From: Neocallimastix sp. 'constans'
Taxonomy: Eukaryota
Direction of reading: 5' to 3'
Assembly (NCBI GenBank): GCA_050613775.1
Contig: JBODTK010000142.1
Location: 310,001 to 374,000 of the forward strand
DNA: 64,000 nt
Made by a program: the position numbers and the translations under genes. A model generated the notes under the pieces. It was not told the origin of the DNA. It made no database searches and was given only the letters and a program-made list of their open reading frames with translations. Each line of letters starts with the position of its first letter. The first letter of the stretch is position 1. Below are positions 1 through 13,900 of the stretch, one piece after another.

Positions 1-572
1 ATATAAATAAAAATATATATATATTAATGTGTGAATAATTAATAATTAATAATCTTAAAAAGTAACATGGAATCATAAAACAAAATTCTATAAATTCTTG
101 TATTTTTTATTTATTTCTTATATATATATTCATTTAAATATTTTAATTATTTTTTCAATCTTATTTTTTTTTCAAATTAATATAAGTAATTTAGATTAAA
201 TTTACTATTAATAAAGGTAAAAATAAAAAAAAAAAAATGAAATAAAATAAAGATTTTTGTAATTTTTGTTTATAATTTGAAAATAAAATTATATTAATAG
301 ATATTCTAATTATATACATTTCTAAATATTTCTTAATTATTATAATTATTATTATAATTTTTATATTGTTTTATTATTATTGAAATCATTTTAATTATTT
401 GATAAATATTGAACTCTCTTTTTGAATTTATATTCATATATATTTTTTATTTCTTTTAAATTTTTATTAATGAAATGGTGTTATTTAAAATAAAATAATA
501 TACATTTCAATCTCTATTTGATAATATTATAAAGATAATTTAATTTAATAATAATAATAATAAATAAAAAAT

Positions 573-1592
573 ATGAATTTTCAACAAAATCCAATGGGAC
601 AAATGCAGAACACAAATGTCCCAGTTAATTCAAATTCGACAATGACTACTGCACAATTACAACAACAGTACCATCAGCAAATGAAAATGCAAGCTTATGT
701 TGCAAAACAAGAACATGGAAAAAAAGAATTAGAAGCAACTAGAAAAGAAGAAGGTTTTTCTTTAATATATAATGTTGACGGAAATAATCCTGTCAGTAAT
801 TTATCAACTGTAAATGCACCTGAATCTGACGAAAAATTAATTGAAGTTAAAGAAATATTACATAATAAATTTAACGAAACTAATGATAAAACACTAAAAA
901 ACAATTTTCCAACATCTTCAGCATCACAAATACAAATACCAACAATAACAATATCTACACCTTCAGAAAGTTCAACTTCCTCAAATGATAAAGTAAAGCA
1001 ATCTTCTGAAAAAAATGCAACTACTAAAAATGTAAATGATAAAAAACAAAATCATGAACATAGAAAAAGTCATAGATTATCAAGTCATGGTCACAGGCTT
1101 TCAAGTCATGGTCATAGATTATCAAGTCATGGTCATAGACTTTCTAGTCATAGATTATCAAAACATAGACATTCTAGAAGTTCAATTGATGAAAAACGTC
1201 AACATCATAGAAGTCATTTAGGTTCTTCATCCAAAGCTGAGGAAAGTGATAAAGAACATAGTGAAAAAGCAACTAAATCATTAAATGTAAGTAGTCATGA
1301 GCATCGTAAAAGTAGAAGAGTTTCAAGATTAAGAGATTCAGAAAGAAGACATAGTCATCATCATAGACCTAAAAGTCACCATTATGGAAATGAAAGTATT
1401 GCTAGTGCAGAATCACATACAACTGATGGAAATAAATCAAAAAGTGAAGGGGATGTTAAATTTCCTCCAAGATATAGTTCACATGTCAATCCAGATAATG
1501 TAAATATAAATATATATAATTATAATAAAAAATTTATATATTGTAAATATAATTTTATTTTTTACTAATACTTATTTAAATATTTTTTTAAT

Positions 1593-1646
<54 letters not shown>

Positions 1647-4600
1647 AATTACGAAAATTATTTAACGAACTTTTTAATAAATATAAAAGTATGTTGATAT
1701 TAATTTATTGAGTCGAAGTGAATGTGCTCGAAAAACAGTATCAGATATTATTGAAGGAAATAATTTTAACTATGATAATTTAAATAAAACAAAACTTAAT
1801 GTGATAGGATTTAGAATAATTAACAGTGATCCATCTCTACATTCCACATCAGTTCATATTATAAAAGTTCCTAAACATTCATCTCTTGAGTGTAAAACTA
1901 GTAGTATTGTTTTAAAGTCATCAACTATTAATACCCATGAAAATAAAGATAATATTTATATTAATTTATTAAAAGTAAGAGTTAATCCAAAAGAAGAAGA
2001 AAAGGTTATAGTAGATATGATTAGTAGTACTATTATTAAAGTAATGAATTATTTATCGAATGATGCAAATAAGAAAGAAAAAACACAATCACCAATAGAT
2101 CCAACCTCAAAAAATAATATTATGACTATATGTTTCGAAGCATGGAGTCCAAAAAAATTACTTGAATTTAAGCCAAAGCATCAATCTGAAATCAATGAAA
2201 TTGGTATTAAAGATAATCCATATGATAGTCATAAGCAATTTTATGTTGAAAAGTTAAGCGAATTAATAAAAAGTGAAAAAGAGAAAAATATTATGATTTT
2301 TATATCCGAAAGTAAAATTCAAAATAATCAAGCTCCTACTATTCAAAATAAGTCGATTGAAGATATAAAATTGCCTCCAAGATTAGAAAGTCAATCATTT
2401 AAAGAAGTATATAATAAATATCAAAATACAACTGGTGAAAATATAGAAGTTTCATCTTTATTTGGTGACGACAAATCCCAAAATAATGAACTTACAAAAA
2501 CAAATAATAATCTTGATTATTTAGTAGTACCAAAAATTACTATTATTTCTGCATCGAAAGATGAAGCAGATGATAAACCTGATATGGATAAAATTAAAAA
2601 GCATAGAGAAAGTAGAAGACCAGTTAGTACAATGGATCATGAAAGTAGAAGGAAAAGTAGAATACCAGGAAGTTCATCTGAAAGATTAAATAGTAAAGAA
2701 AGGGAAAAAAGAGATTCAAGAAGTAAAGAAAGAGATAGCAGTAGAGGAAGAGATAGTGTTAGAAGAAGTAGTAAAGATAGAGATAGTGTAAGGAGAAGTA
2801 GTAAAGATAGAGGAAGTAGTAAAGATAGGAGAAGTAGTAAAGATAGAGGAAGTAGTAGAGATAGAAGTAATAGTAGAGATAGAAGTAATAGTAGAGATAG
2901 AAGTAGTAGTAGAGACCGCAAATCTCCAAAATTAGATGAAAAAGATCAAAAATCAAAAGGTCCAATCATTATTAAAAAAGAAAAAGGAAGATTAATGAAC
3001 AAGCTGGGTCAAAAGCCATATAGAGTATCTCAACTTTCAACCAATATACTTACCATACCAGACTCTGATTCAGAAAGTGATAGTAATGACAAAGATAAAA
3101 AAGATGAAAACAAATCAAAAAGAGTATCTACAATTGTAGAAGAAGAAGAGGATGATGACGATAAACCACTTGCTCAAATTGGAAATAACAATAAACCACT
3201 ACCAGTACCAAATATTAATGGAAATTCATCCAATACCATCCAAAATAATAATAACAATAATAATTCAGAAAATACTAACATGAATAATATAAACAATATG
3301 AATAATATGAATAATACGAATGGTATGAATAATATGAATGGTATAAATAATATGAATAATATGAATGGTATGAATAATATGAATAATATGAATAATATGA
3401 ATAATATGAATAATATGAATAATATGAATAATATGAATGGTATGAATAATATGAATAATATGAATAATATGAATAATATGAATAATATGAATAATATGAA
3501 TAATATGAATGGTATGAATAATATGAATAATATGAATGGTATGAATAATATGAATGGTATGAATGGTATGAATGGTATGAATAATATGAATGGTATGAAT
3601 AATATGAGTAATATGAATAATATGAATAATATGAATAATATGAATGGTATGAATAATATGAATAATATGAATGGTATGAATAATATGAATAATATGAATG
3701 GTATGAATAATATGAATAGCATGAATAATATGAATGGTATGAATAATATGAATAACATGAATAATATGAATAACATGAATAATATGAATAACATGAATAA
3801 CATGAATAATATGAATAATATGAATAATATGAATAATATGAATAATATGAATAACATGAATCACATGAATAACATGAATAACATGAATAACATGAATAAT
3901 ATGAATAATATGAATAACATGAATAATATGAATAACATGAATAATATGAATAATATGAATAATATGAATAACATGAATAATATGAATAACATTAATAATA
4001 TGAATAACATGAATAATATGAATAACATGAATAATATGAATAATATGAATAATATGAATAATATGAATGGTATGAATGGTATAAATAATATGAATATGAA
4101 TAATTCAGATAATAATATGAATAATCTAAAAGGAAATACAATGTTTAGTCAATATAGCAATAATAGTATTCCATCAAGTGATGTTTCTAAAATTCCAAAA
4201 AAGAAAAATAAGTATAAACTTGGATCAAATTCTACTGTTGTTGAAAGCACCCAAAATTATGAACAAATTTATAATAATAATAATAACAATAATAATAATA
4301 ATAATAATTTATTATCAAATGTTCAAACATCATCAAACCAAACTGGAAATATGAATTTATTACCAGTAAATAACTTTACTAATTCATCAAATCCAGTAAT
4401 ATCGCCAATTAATACAACACCACCATCATTAGATTTTAAAACACATGTAATATCAGATAATGATACTTCAGGTATTAATTTATCAGACGTATTAGAGCAT
4501 TTTAATTTAAATGAAAATAAATCACCTCAGATGACTCCATTATCTAATTCTACTGTTTTAGATAATAAGAAAAATATACAAAGTGAAATTAATACTATAG

Positions 4601-7494
4601 GCAATGGTATTGCTAAAATAGACCTTAAAGATCAAACCAGAAATCCTAATGATGATTTATTTGCTCTAGGAGATGATCTTTTAAACAATACTATTAAACA
4701 AGCAATATTTTCTGACTGGGATATGAATGATAAAAAAGAAAATACAACAAATGTTAATAAGACCTCATCTAATGATTTGAATTTAATGTCTGGTATGAAT
4801 GAGTTTAATTCAACTAATATCAATAATAATAATAATATTCAAGGTAACTCAATAATATATAAATCAAAATATCATATAAAAATTTTTGATTATTTATTGT
4901 ATTAAAAAAGATAATAATAAAAATAAAAAAAAAAATAGAAATTAAATATTAACATAATATTTATATTTTTATTACACATTTTATTATAGTTTCAATGATG
5001 AGTCCATCAAATTTTATGAATCTAGGCAATGCCGTTGCTTTCCAATCTGAAGCAATGAGTAGTCCAACAATGAGTAGTCCAGCATTAAGTAATGCTAGTG
5101 ATAGTATTCGTCCCATATCTAAAGTTAAACCCAAAAGAAAGCATAATAGACACAGGTCAACAAGATCAATTAGTAGTACTATGTCTGGTGGAAATTCATC
5201 TACATTCTCTAAAAATGAGCCATTCCCATTCCATAATATGAATCCAGGAAGTCCAGGATTAAATAGTAATATAAATTCAGGAAGTCCAGGATTATATAGT
5301 AATAAAAATCCAGGTAGCCCTGGATTAAGTAATATAAGTATTGGAAGCCCAAGACTTCAACAAAAAAATAATATGAATTCACCTCTAATCCAACAACAAC
5401 AGCAACAGCAACAAAATATTAATGATCCTCAATATCAATATAAATTGCGTCAATCTCAACAAATAAAGATGCAATGGCAGAAGCAATTAATATTACAGCA
5501 ACAACAATTCCAACAACAACAACAGTTATATGAGCAAGAAAAACAAGAAATGGAAAGATTAGAAAAGAAAAGAGAAGAATTAGAAAGAATGGAAAAAGAA
5601 AGAGTTGAAAGAGAAATGAATGAACAAAAAATGGAAAAGCAGAAATTAGAACAACAAAGATTAGTACAACAAAGATTGGAACAAGAGAGGATAGAAAATG
5701 AAAGAATGGAAAAAGAAAGAATGGAAAGATTAAGAATATTAGAAGAAGAAAGAAGAAAAAGAGAACAACAAGAAAAGGAAAAAAGAGAACAAGATAGATT
5801 AGAACAAGAAAGATTGCAAAAAGAAAGAATGGAAAGAGAAAGAATCGAAATGGAAATGCAAAGATTAGAGAGAGAAAGATTAGAGAGAGAAAGATTAGAA
5901 AAAGAAAGAATCGAAAGAGAAAAGCGAGAAAAAGAAAGATTACAACAAGAAATTATTGAAAATGAAAGAAGAGAAAGAGAAAGATTAGAGAGAGAGAGAT
6001 TGGAAATAGAAAGAATTGAAAAAGAAAGATTAGAAATAGAAAGAATTAAAAAGGAACGATTAGAAGCAGAAAGAATTGAAAGAGAGAGATTAGAGAAAGA
6101 AAGAATTGAAAGAGAGAGATTAGAAAAGGAAAGAATTGAAAAAGAAAAAATTGAAAAGGAAAGATTAGAATTAGAAAGAATTGAAAAAGAAAGATTAGAA
6201 TTAGAAAGAATTGAAAATGAAAGATTAGAAAAATTAAATGAATTAGAAAGTATTGAAGAACAAAAACGTCAACTTCAATTATTACAAGAAGAAACTCAAA
6301 ATATGATGATTCCTAAAAAGGAAAAAGAAAAATCACCTGTTTCAACTATATATACTAGTTATCAAATACCACAAAAGGTTCAAGTTCAACCTATTAATAC
6401 CTCTGTTGCTAATAATATACCAACCAATAATAATTATAGTAATAATTATAGTAATAATGATAATAATAATAATAATAATAATAATGAAGTTTCATCATCA
6501 TTAAAGATTAGTAGTTTCCTTGATCAAATGGGTCAAATAACGGATATTAGTGCTACTAGTCCTCTTATTGATTTTAACATGTTTGATTTCAGTTCTCCAT
6601 TATCATCAACATTTAATTTTGATACTACTACCACTACTAACACTAACTCCCAAACTCAAAATCAAGTTCAATCAAATACTCAAATACAAAATCAACCATT
6701 AACTAAATCACCTTCTCAATCAACAGCAAAATCATCTCATTATTCACCTTCTTTAGTTCAATCCCAAAATCAATTCAATAATCAATATCAATATCAATAT
6801 CAAAATCAAAATCAATATCAAAATCAATATCAAAATCAACATCAATCACAATATCAAATTCAAAACCAAAACCAAACTCAAAAACAAGATCAAATTCAAA
6901 AACAAGATCAAACTCAATCACAAACTCAATCACAATATCAAAATCAGTATCAAAATCAATATCAAAATCAATATCAAAATCAATATCAAAATCAATATCA
7001 AAATCAATATCAAAGTCAATACCAAGATCAATCTCTATCACAATATCAACCACCATCACAAGTCCAACCAACGAATAAAAGTCCGACTACTATGGCTAAA
7101 ACTATATCCACATCTGTTTATTCAAATCCATATGCCGATTTTCAATCTCTATCATCAACTGATGTTAATACTACAACTACAACCTCCGAAACGAATACAC
7201 TAGATATTTATTCTAATCCATCTAATATTCAGTCATCTACCGTATATAAAGATTTACAAACCTACCCCCCAGGTTCTCTTGAAACTGAAATGACATTCTC
7301 AAAGCCCAAAAAGAAGAATCACAAAAAGTTAGGAACAAGAATTAGTCCAACTTCAAATACTAACACTAATAACGATATAAATAATTCAGATATGACTACT
7401 GTTGTTAATAATAGTTCTTCGAATCCTGTAAATTCTCTATCTAATAATAATCCAATGAGTACAAATATTTACATGAATAATAATTTTGATAATG

Positions 7495-7559
<65 letters not shown>

Positions 7560-7605
7560 CAAAAACTATCAAATATTAATTCTCCACCATCAATGAATTT
7601 ATCAG

Positions 7606-7664
<59 letters not shown>

Positions 7665-8465
7665 TATAATTATAATAATTCTGATAAAAATGATAATCAA
7701 AATCAAATGAATTCTATGAATAATATGATGAATGGTATGAATATGATGAATGGTATGAACAAGAATGGTATGATGCCAAATATAAATGGAATGCCAATTA
7801 TGCCTGGAATGTTTATGATGCCTGGTATGAATGGAATGAACTTTATGAATATGAATGGTATGAATAATATGAACAATATGAACAATATGAATAATATGAA
7901 TAATATGAATAATATGAATAATATGAATAATATGAATAATATGAATAATGAAAATCAAAATGCTAATGAATCTAATCCCAATTCTGCAAATACAGCGACA
8001 TCTCCAACTTCCACATCTACGAATAATACCAATAGTATGAGTATGATGAATTTCATGGGAATGAATGGAATGGGCATGGGTATGCCAATGAATATGATGG
8101 GAATGCAAATGAACGGAATGAATAATATGAATAATATGAATAATAATATGAATAATAATATGAATAATAATATGAATAATAATATGAATAATATGAATAA
8201 TATGAATGGTATGAATAATAATATGATGGAAATGATACGAATGAGTATAATGTCTGGTTATGGTATGATGGGAATGCCTATGATGGAGCAAGCAACTAAA
8301 AAGAAGAAGAAGAAGAAGAGTGTTGCTGCTGCAAATGATACCGATGATGATGATGAATGGGAAACTATTTCAGTGATAAGTCGTAAAAGTGCAGCAACTA
8401 CAACAAGTCGTAAAGGTAAAAAAAAGAAGAGTAGAATAAGATCTCAAAGTACTAGTCAATTTTAA
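573..8465 (+). CDS. Large low-complexity, probably disordered protein (~2518 aa); 3 exons: 573-1499, 1690-4843, 4990-8465
   Basis: Three long + ORFs join in frame through two GT-AG introns. Intron 1500-1689 (GAT AAT|gtaaat...aaaag|TAT GTT GAT) is phase 0. Intron 4844-4989 (CAA G|gtaact...tatag|TT TCA ATG) is phase 1. The protein has His/Ser, Arg/Ser/Asp, Met-Asn-Asn, poly-Q, Glu/Arg and QYQN repeats. No family recognised. Confidence 0.85.
1500..1689 (+). other. Spliceosomal intron 1 (190 bp)
   Basis: GT at 1500, AG at 1688-1689, internal poly-A run; removal fuses ORF 573 and ORF 1708 in frame. Confidence 0.8.
3280..4100 (+). repeat. Coding 9-bp tandem repeat (ATGAATAAT)n encoding (MNN/MNG)n
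   Basis: About 90 units, directly visible. Confidence 0.95.
4844..4989 (+). other. Spliceosomal intron 2 (146 bp)
   Basis: AG|GTAACT donor, TATAG acceptor; removal fuses ORF 1708 and ORF 4995 in frame. Confidence 0.85.
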
Positions 8466-8849
8466 TTTAATTAAAATTATCTAATAATAGTATATGTATA
8501 TCAATATATATAAGTTCAAAAAAAAAAAAATATACCTATCATTTCAATTTAAAAAAAATAATAATAATAATAATAATAATAGTATATATATTAATAATTA
8601 GACTTTATAATATTAACGATTAACGATAAATATTATTAAAAAAAAAAAAAATTAAATAAAAGTGTATAAGTAAAAATAATAGTAAATATATAAATATTTA
8701 ATAATTGTTAATTGATATATATAAAAATTATAAATATTAAAAAATTCTGTTTATAAAAAAAATAATAATAATAATAATAATAATAATAATTACAAATGAA
8801 ATATTTACAAATAATTTCAAATGATTTAAATGAAAGAAATGAAATTAAA

Positions 8850-8905
<56 letters not shown>

Positions 8906-9278
8906 GAATAAAATAAAATAATTAGATTAAAAATAAATATTCCAAACAATTAAAATTTAGAAAAAAAAAAATAAATTTAATCATAAAAGATTTATTATAA
9001 AGAAATATAATAAATTAATAATAGATTATATATTATAAAAAAAATAATAATAAATAAAAAAAAAATAAGTAAAGCTATTATAATTCATTTAAAAATATTG
9101 TTAACAAAATAAAAAAAAAATAAAATTTTAGAATAATATAAAATAAATAAAAAATAAAATAAAATATTACTATTCTTAATGAAAAATGAAAAAAAAAAAA
9201 AAAAAAAAAAAAAAAGTATCATTTTACATTAATAGAGATGTATACTATTAAAAAAAATTATATATATTATATAAATAT

Positions 9279-9500
9279 TAAAATAAATAAAAATATATAA
9301 ATAAAAATATATAAATAAAAATATATAAATAAAAATATATAAATAAAAATATATAAATAAAAATATATAAATAAAAATATATAAATAAAAATATATAAAT
9401 AAAAATATATAAATAAAAATATATAAATAAAAATATATAAATAAAAATATATAAATAAAAATACATAAATAAAAATATATAAATAAAAATATATAAATAA
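9279..9500. repeat. 14-bp minisatellite (AAATAAAAATATAT)n
   Basis: About 15 near-perfect units. Confidence 0.9.
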
Positions 9501-10084
9501 ATTATAATTCTTTTCCTTTTTTTTCTTTTTTTTTTTTTTTAGTTTCTATATCTTATTTTTTTTTTATTTTTTTTTTTTTTTTTTAATAAATATACAATTC
9601 AATGTCATATTATTACATTATTTTAATATTTTCTTATTCATTTAAATAAATAATAAATAAATAATAAATAATTTAATACTAAAAAATAATTAAATATTAA
9701 AAAAATAAAATAATTTAAACACTTTTTGCATAATAAATGAAGGAATTAATAAATAAATAAATAAATAAATCATTAATCAAAAAAATTAATGATAAATAAT
9801 AAAAAAGATGATATTTAAATGTATTAAATAATATTTTTTTTTCATTTATTTATTTATTTATTTTAATAAATAGTATAAATTTCGAAACGAGTACTTTCAT
9901 CCTTTTAAAAATAATAATAATAATAATAATAATAATTATAATAATAATAATAATTAGTTTATTGTATTGAAATAAAATTCAATCAATAATAATATATTAA
10001 ATAATTTTAAATAATAATTTTTTTTTGTTTTTGTTTTCGGTTTTTTTTTTTTTTTTTTGTAATATTGATATTATAATCTAATTT

Positions 10085-10118
<34 letters not shown>

Positions 10119-10307
10119 TATTGGAGTTTACAGTTAAAATAATATATTTTGATAAAGGCTAATCATTAATTTTTATATAATATTAACTCTATAATATTGA
10201 TTACATATACTCTACTCTAATTATATCTTCTCTACTTAACCATCAATAATTTTTATTTTCTAATATAATTTATAATTATTACCAACAAATTGAGACATTA
10301 TTTTCAA

Positions 10308-10643
<336 letters not shown>

Positions 10644-10963
10644 TGTTAGCTTTATTAAATTTAGATCTATAATAATATTCCTTATGGAATATGGTATACA
10701 AGGGAAATAAGTGTATGATCTATCTTTCGGCTTTAAATAAGTAATAAAGTCACATGTTACAACATGCGTTTTCCATAACATAAAATAAATTAAAAATTAA
10801 TTAAATAAATATTAAAAGATAATTAACATAGATTTATACAAGACGATAGATCATAATACATTTAAGTAATCATTAAATATAAATAAATAAATACACATAA
10901 ATATAAATAAATACTATAAATAAATAAATTAAATATATAGTTAAATTATGAGTGCAGTCAACA
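10644..10963 (-). repeat. E1 3' LTR (320 bp)
   Basis: TGTTAGC...GTCAACA, direct repeat of 16702-17021, adjacent to the PPT. Confidence 0.95.
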
Positions 10964-10983
10964 CTCCCCCTCAAATAATATTT

Positions 10984-13900
10984 TTAGATAAAAATGTTGT
11001 TTGTAAATTTTTGTATCTTTGGTCCATTTGAGTCCTTGGTTAATATGTCCGCTAGCATGTTTTCAGTATCAATATATTCTAATTTTACTTTCTTCTTTGC
11101 AATATTGTCCCTGTTGAAATGATATCTTACACTTATATGCTTTAATTTTGTATTTATTTCTCCGTTCTCCATTATTTTCTTACTTGCTTGATTATCTGTA
11201 TAGATTTTAACAGTTATCCATTTGTTTAAAATTTCTTTTATTATATTTCTAATCCATAATATTTTCTTTATATTTTCGGAAGTGCTTATGTACTCTGCTT
11301 CAGCAGTAGACGTAGCAACACTTGTTTGTTTCTTGGACAACCAGCATATCGGACTTGTTCCCATAAGTATTATTCCTCCTGAGGTAGATTTTCTATCTTC
11401 CAAACAGCCGGCAAAGTCAGAGTCGGTATATGCAACAAGCTCCCCCTTTCCATTATATTCTATCTTAAATTCTTTGGTACTATTAATATATTTTAGAATA
11501 TTTATTATTTTGTTCCAATCCGATATAGTTGGATTTTCACATTTTCTTGAAGCTTTATTTACAGCGAAAGCTATGTCAGGTCTAGTACATTTCGAAAGGT
11601 ATATTAAGGAACCTATTGCGCTTTTGTAGATTGTTTTATCGAAAGGTTTATTGTTTTCTGATATTTTATTATCACCAGTACATGGTGTTTTTCTTTTCTT
11701 TGTATTATCAATATTAAATTTATATAACATATTATTTATAAAATTTTTCTGTGAAATAATATATGAATTATTTTCTTTCTTTACTTCAATTCCTAATATG
11801 TATTCAATTGGATCACATTTAGATATTTTAAATTTTGATTTTATTTTATTTATTATTTGTTTAATGTATTCGTTTTCTCCAGCGATGACCATGTCGTCCA
11901 CGTATAAGCCGATAATGCATTTTGTTATATTATTTTTTGTAAATTTGAAAATACATTGTTCGGATTTAATTTGAATGAACTCATTTTTTATTAGGAATTT
12001 TCTAATGGTATTATACCATTGTCTACCAGATTGCTTAAGGCCATACAAAGCTTTGTTGAGCTTCCAATATCCCCGCCCAAAGCGCGTATCGCCTTTAGGA
12101 ATAGTAGTATAAATATCTTTATCAAGCGGAGCATTAAGGTAAGCGGCCTTTATATCTAGCTGGAAAATATTCCACTTAAGAGCAGCAGAAATAGCGAATA
12201 TTAATTTAAGACCATCAATGTTTAGAGTAGGAGAATAAGTTAATTCATAATCGATTCCCCATTTTTGTTTAAATCCACGAGCAACTAAACGAGCTTTATA
12301 TTTATAAATATTATTATTTGAATCACGTTTAGTGTTGAAAACCCATTTTGTGGTAATGATGTTTTTGTTTTTAGGTACATTTTTAACAAAAGTCATAATA
12401 TTATTAGAATAAAGGTTATTAAGTTCATCATTAATAGCCTCAATCCAGTTATTTTTGTCTTCACTGTTTATTGCTTCTTCATACGTATTAGGAATGTGAC
12501 AAAATATAGAAGCAATAATAATGTCGTTGATTTGGTCTAGTTTTCTACGAGAACTAATATTAGTAGGTGCAGTCTCTTTATATTTTGGACTAAGTGGTCT
12601 TTTATGGATATTGCCATATTCTGTATTGGCTACAATGTCATCCATAATTTCATCTTTATTAAAATCAATAACACTTGATGCATCTATAAGAGATTTGTGG
12701 GCATAATTTTCTTTATTTACTATATTATTGTTGTTAAATTTATTATTTAATTCGTTATTATTAGTAAGTGAAATTTCGTCTGTTTTTTGAGAAATTTGGT
12801 TGGTTGAAGAATCGGTTATTAAAGGTAAATTCTGATTAAAATTATATGGAAGAGTTATATTTTTAAGATTTTCCATTACCGTATTTTTATTATCTGAAGG
12901 AATATTATTGATATCTATTGTAGGAGTGGAGAAATTATAGTTTTTCTTCATAGAGTCGCAGGATTTTGAATTTTGTTGAATTAATTTATTATTTTTCGAT
13001 AAAAAATTTTTATTAATAAAATTTTGATCATTTTTTGGAAAATTTTTGATATTCATTGATTTATTTGAATTATTAATAGATTTATGTGAATCATTATTGT
13101 TGTCATATGTAATATGTGATTCATTAGTGTTATTTGAAATTATTGAATTATTTGAAAATTTTTTGATATGATATGAATGTGATTTTGCTTCAGCCAATAG
13201 ATTTTCTTGAATTTTTTCATCATTTTTTGAAAAATTTTTATTATTAAAATTTTTTTTCATATTATTATTATTTATTGTAAAATTCTGTAAATTTTGGCTT
13301 GATTTTTCATTATTTAAAAATATTTTATTTTTATCAAAATTTTCAAATTCGGTTATTTTTTCTTTTCCTTTGTTCCTGCTGGAAGTTGAGGCGGCGTAAG
13401 CAGGATCTTCTGGTTTATATTTTTCAATAATGTTAGAATTAAAATTGGTATTCTTAGTATTATTTCTAAACTTTTTATTATAATTTTTATTTATTATTTC
13501 TAAATTTCTATTTATCTCATTCAAATAATTATTTTCAGAATTATTTTTGTCAACATTGTTGAAATTGAATTTCAATTTAAATTCACAATTATTTTTATTT
13601 TTAATTTCAGGATTAATTTTAGAATTAATTTCAACATCTTTATTTAAATTATGGTTATTTTTCTGGTTTATATCTTTATTATCAAATTCTTGATTTTCTT
13701 CATTTAACGATATATTATTGACATGCTTATTTTTAATGTAATTACTTTTATGTTCTGTATTAGTAGTCCTTTCATTATTAATATTTTCATTTAAAATGTT
13801 TTCTTCATTTAAGATGTTTCTTCCATTAAAATTATTTTCATTGTTCATATTATTATCTTCATTTATATTATTATCTTCATTTATATTATTATCTTCATTT

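Noticed and set aside
2637..8291. Antisense ORFs within the large gene
   Set aside because: Shadows of stop-free coding repeats on the + strand.
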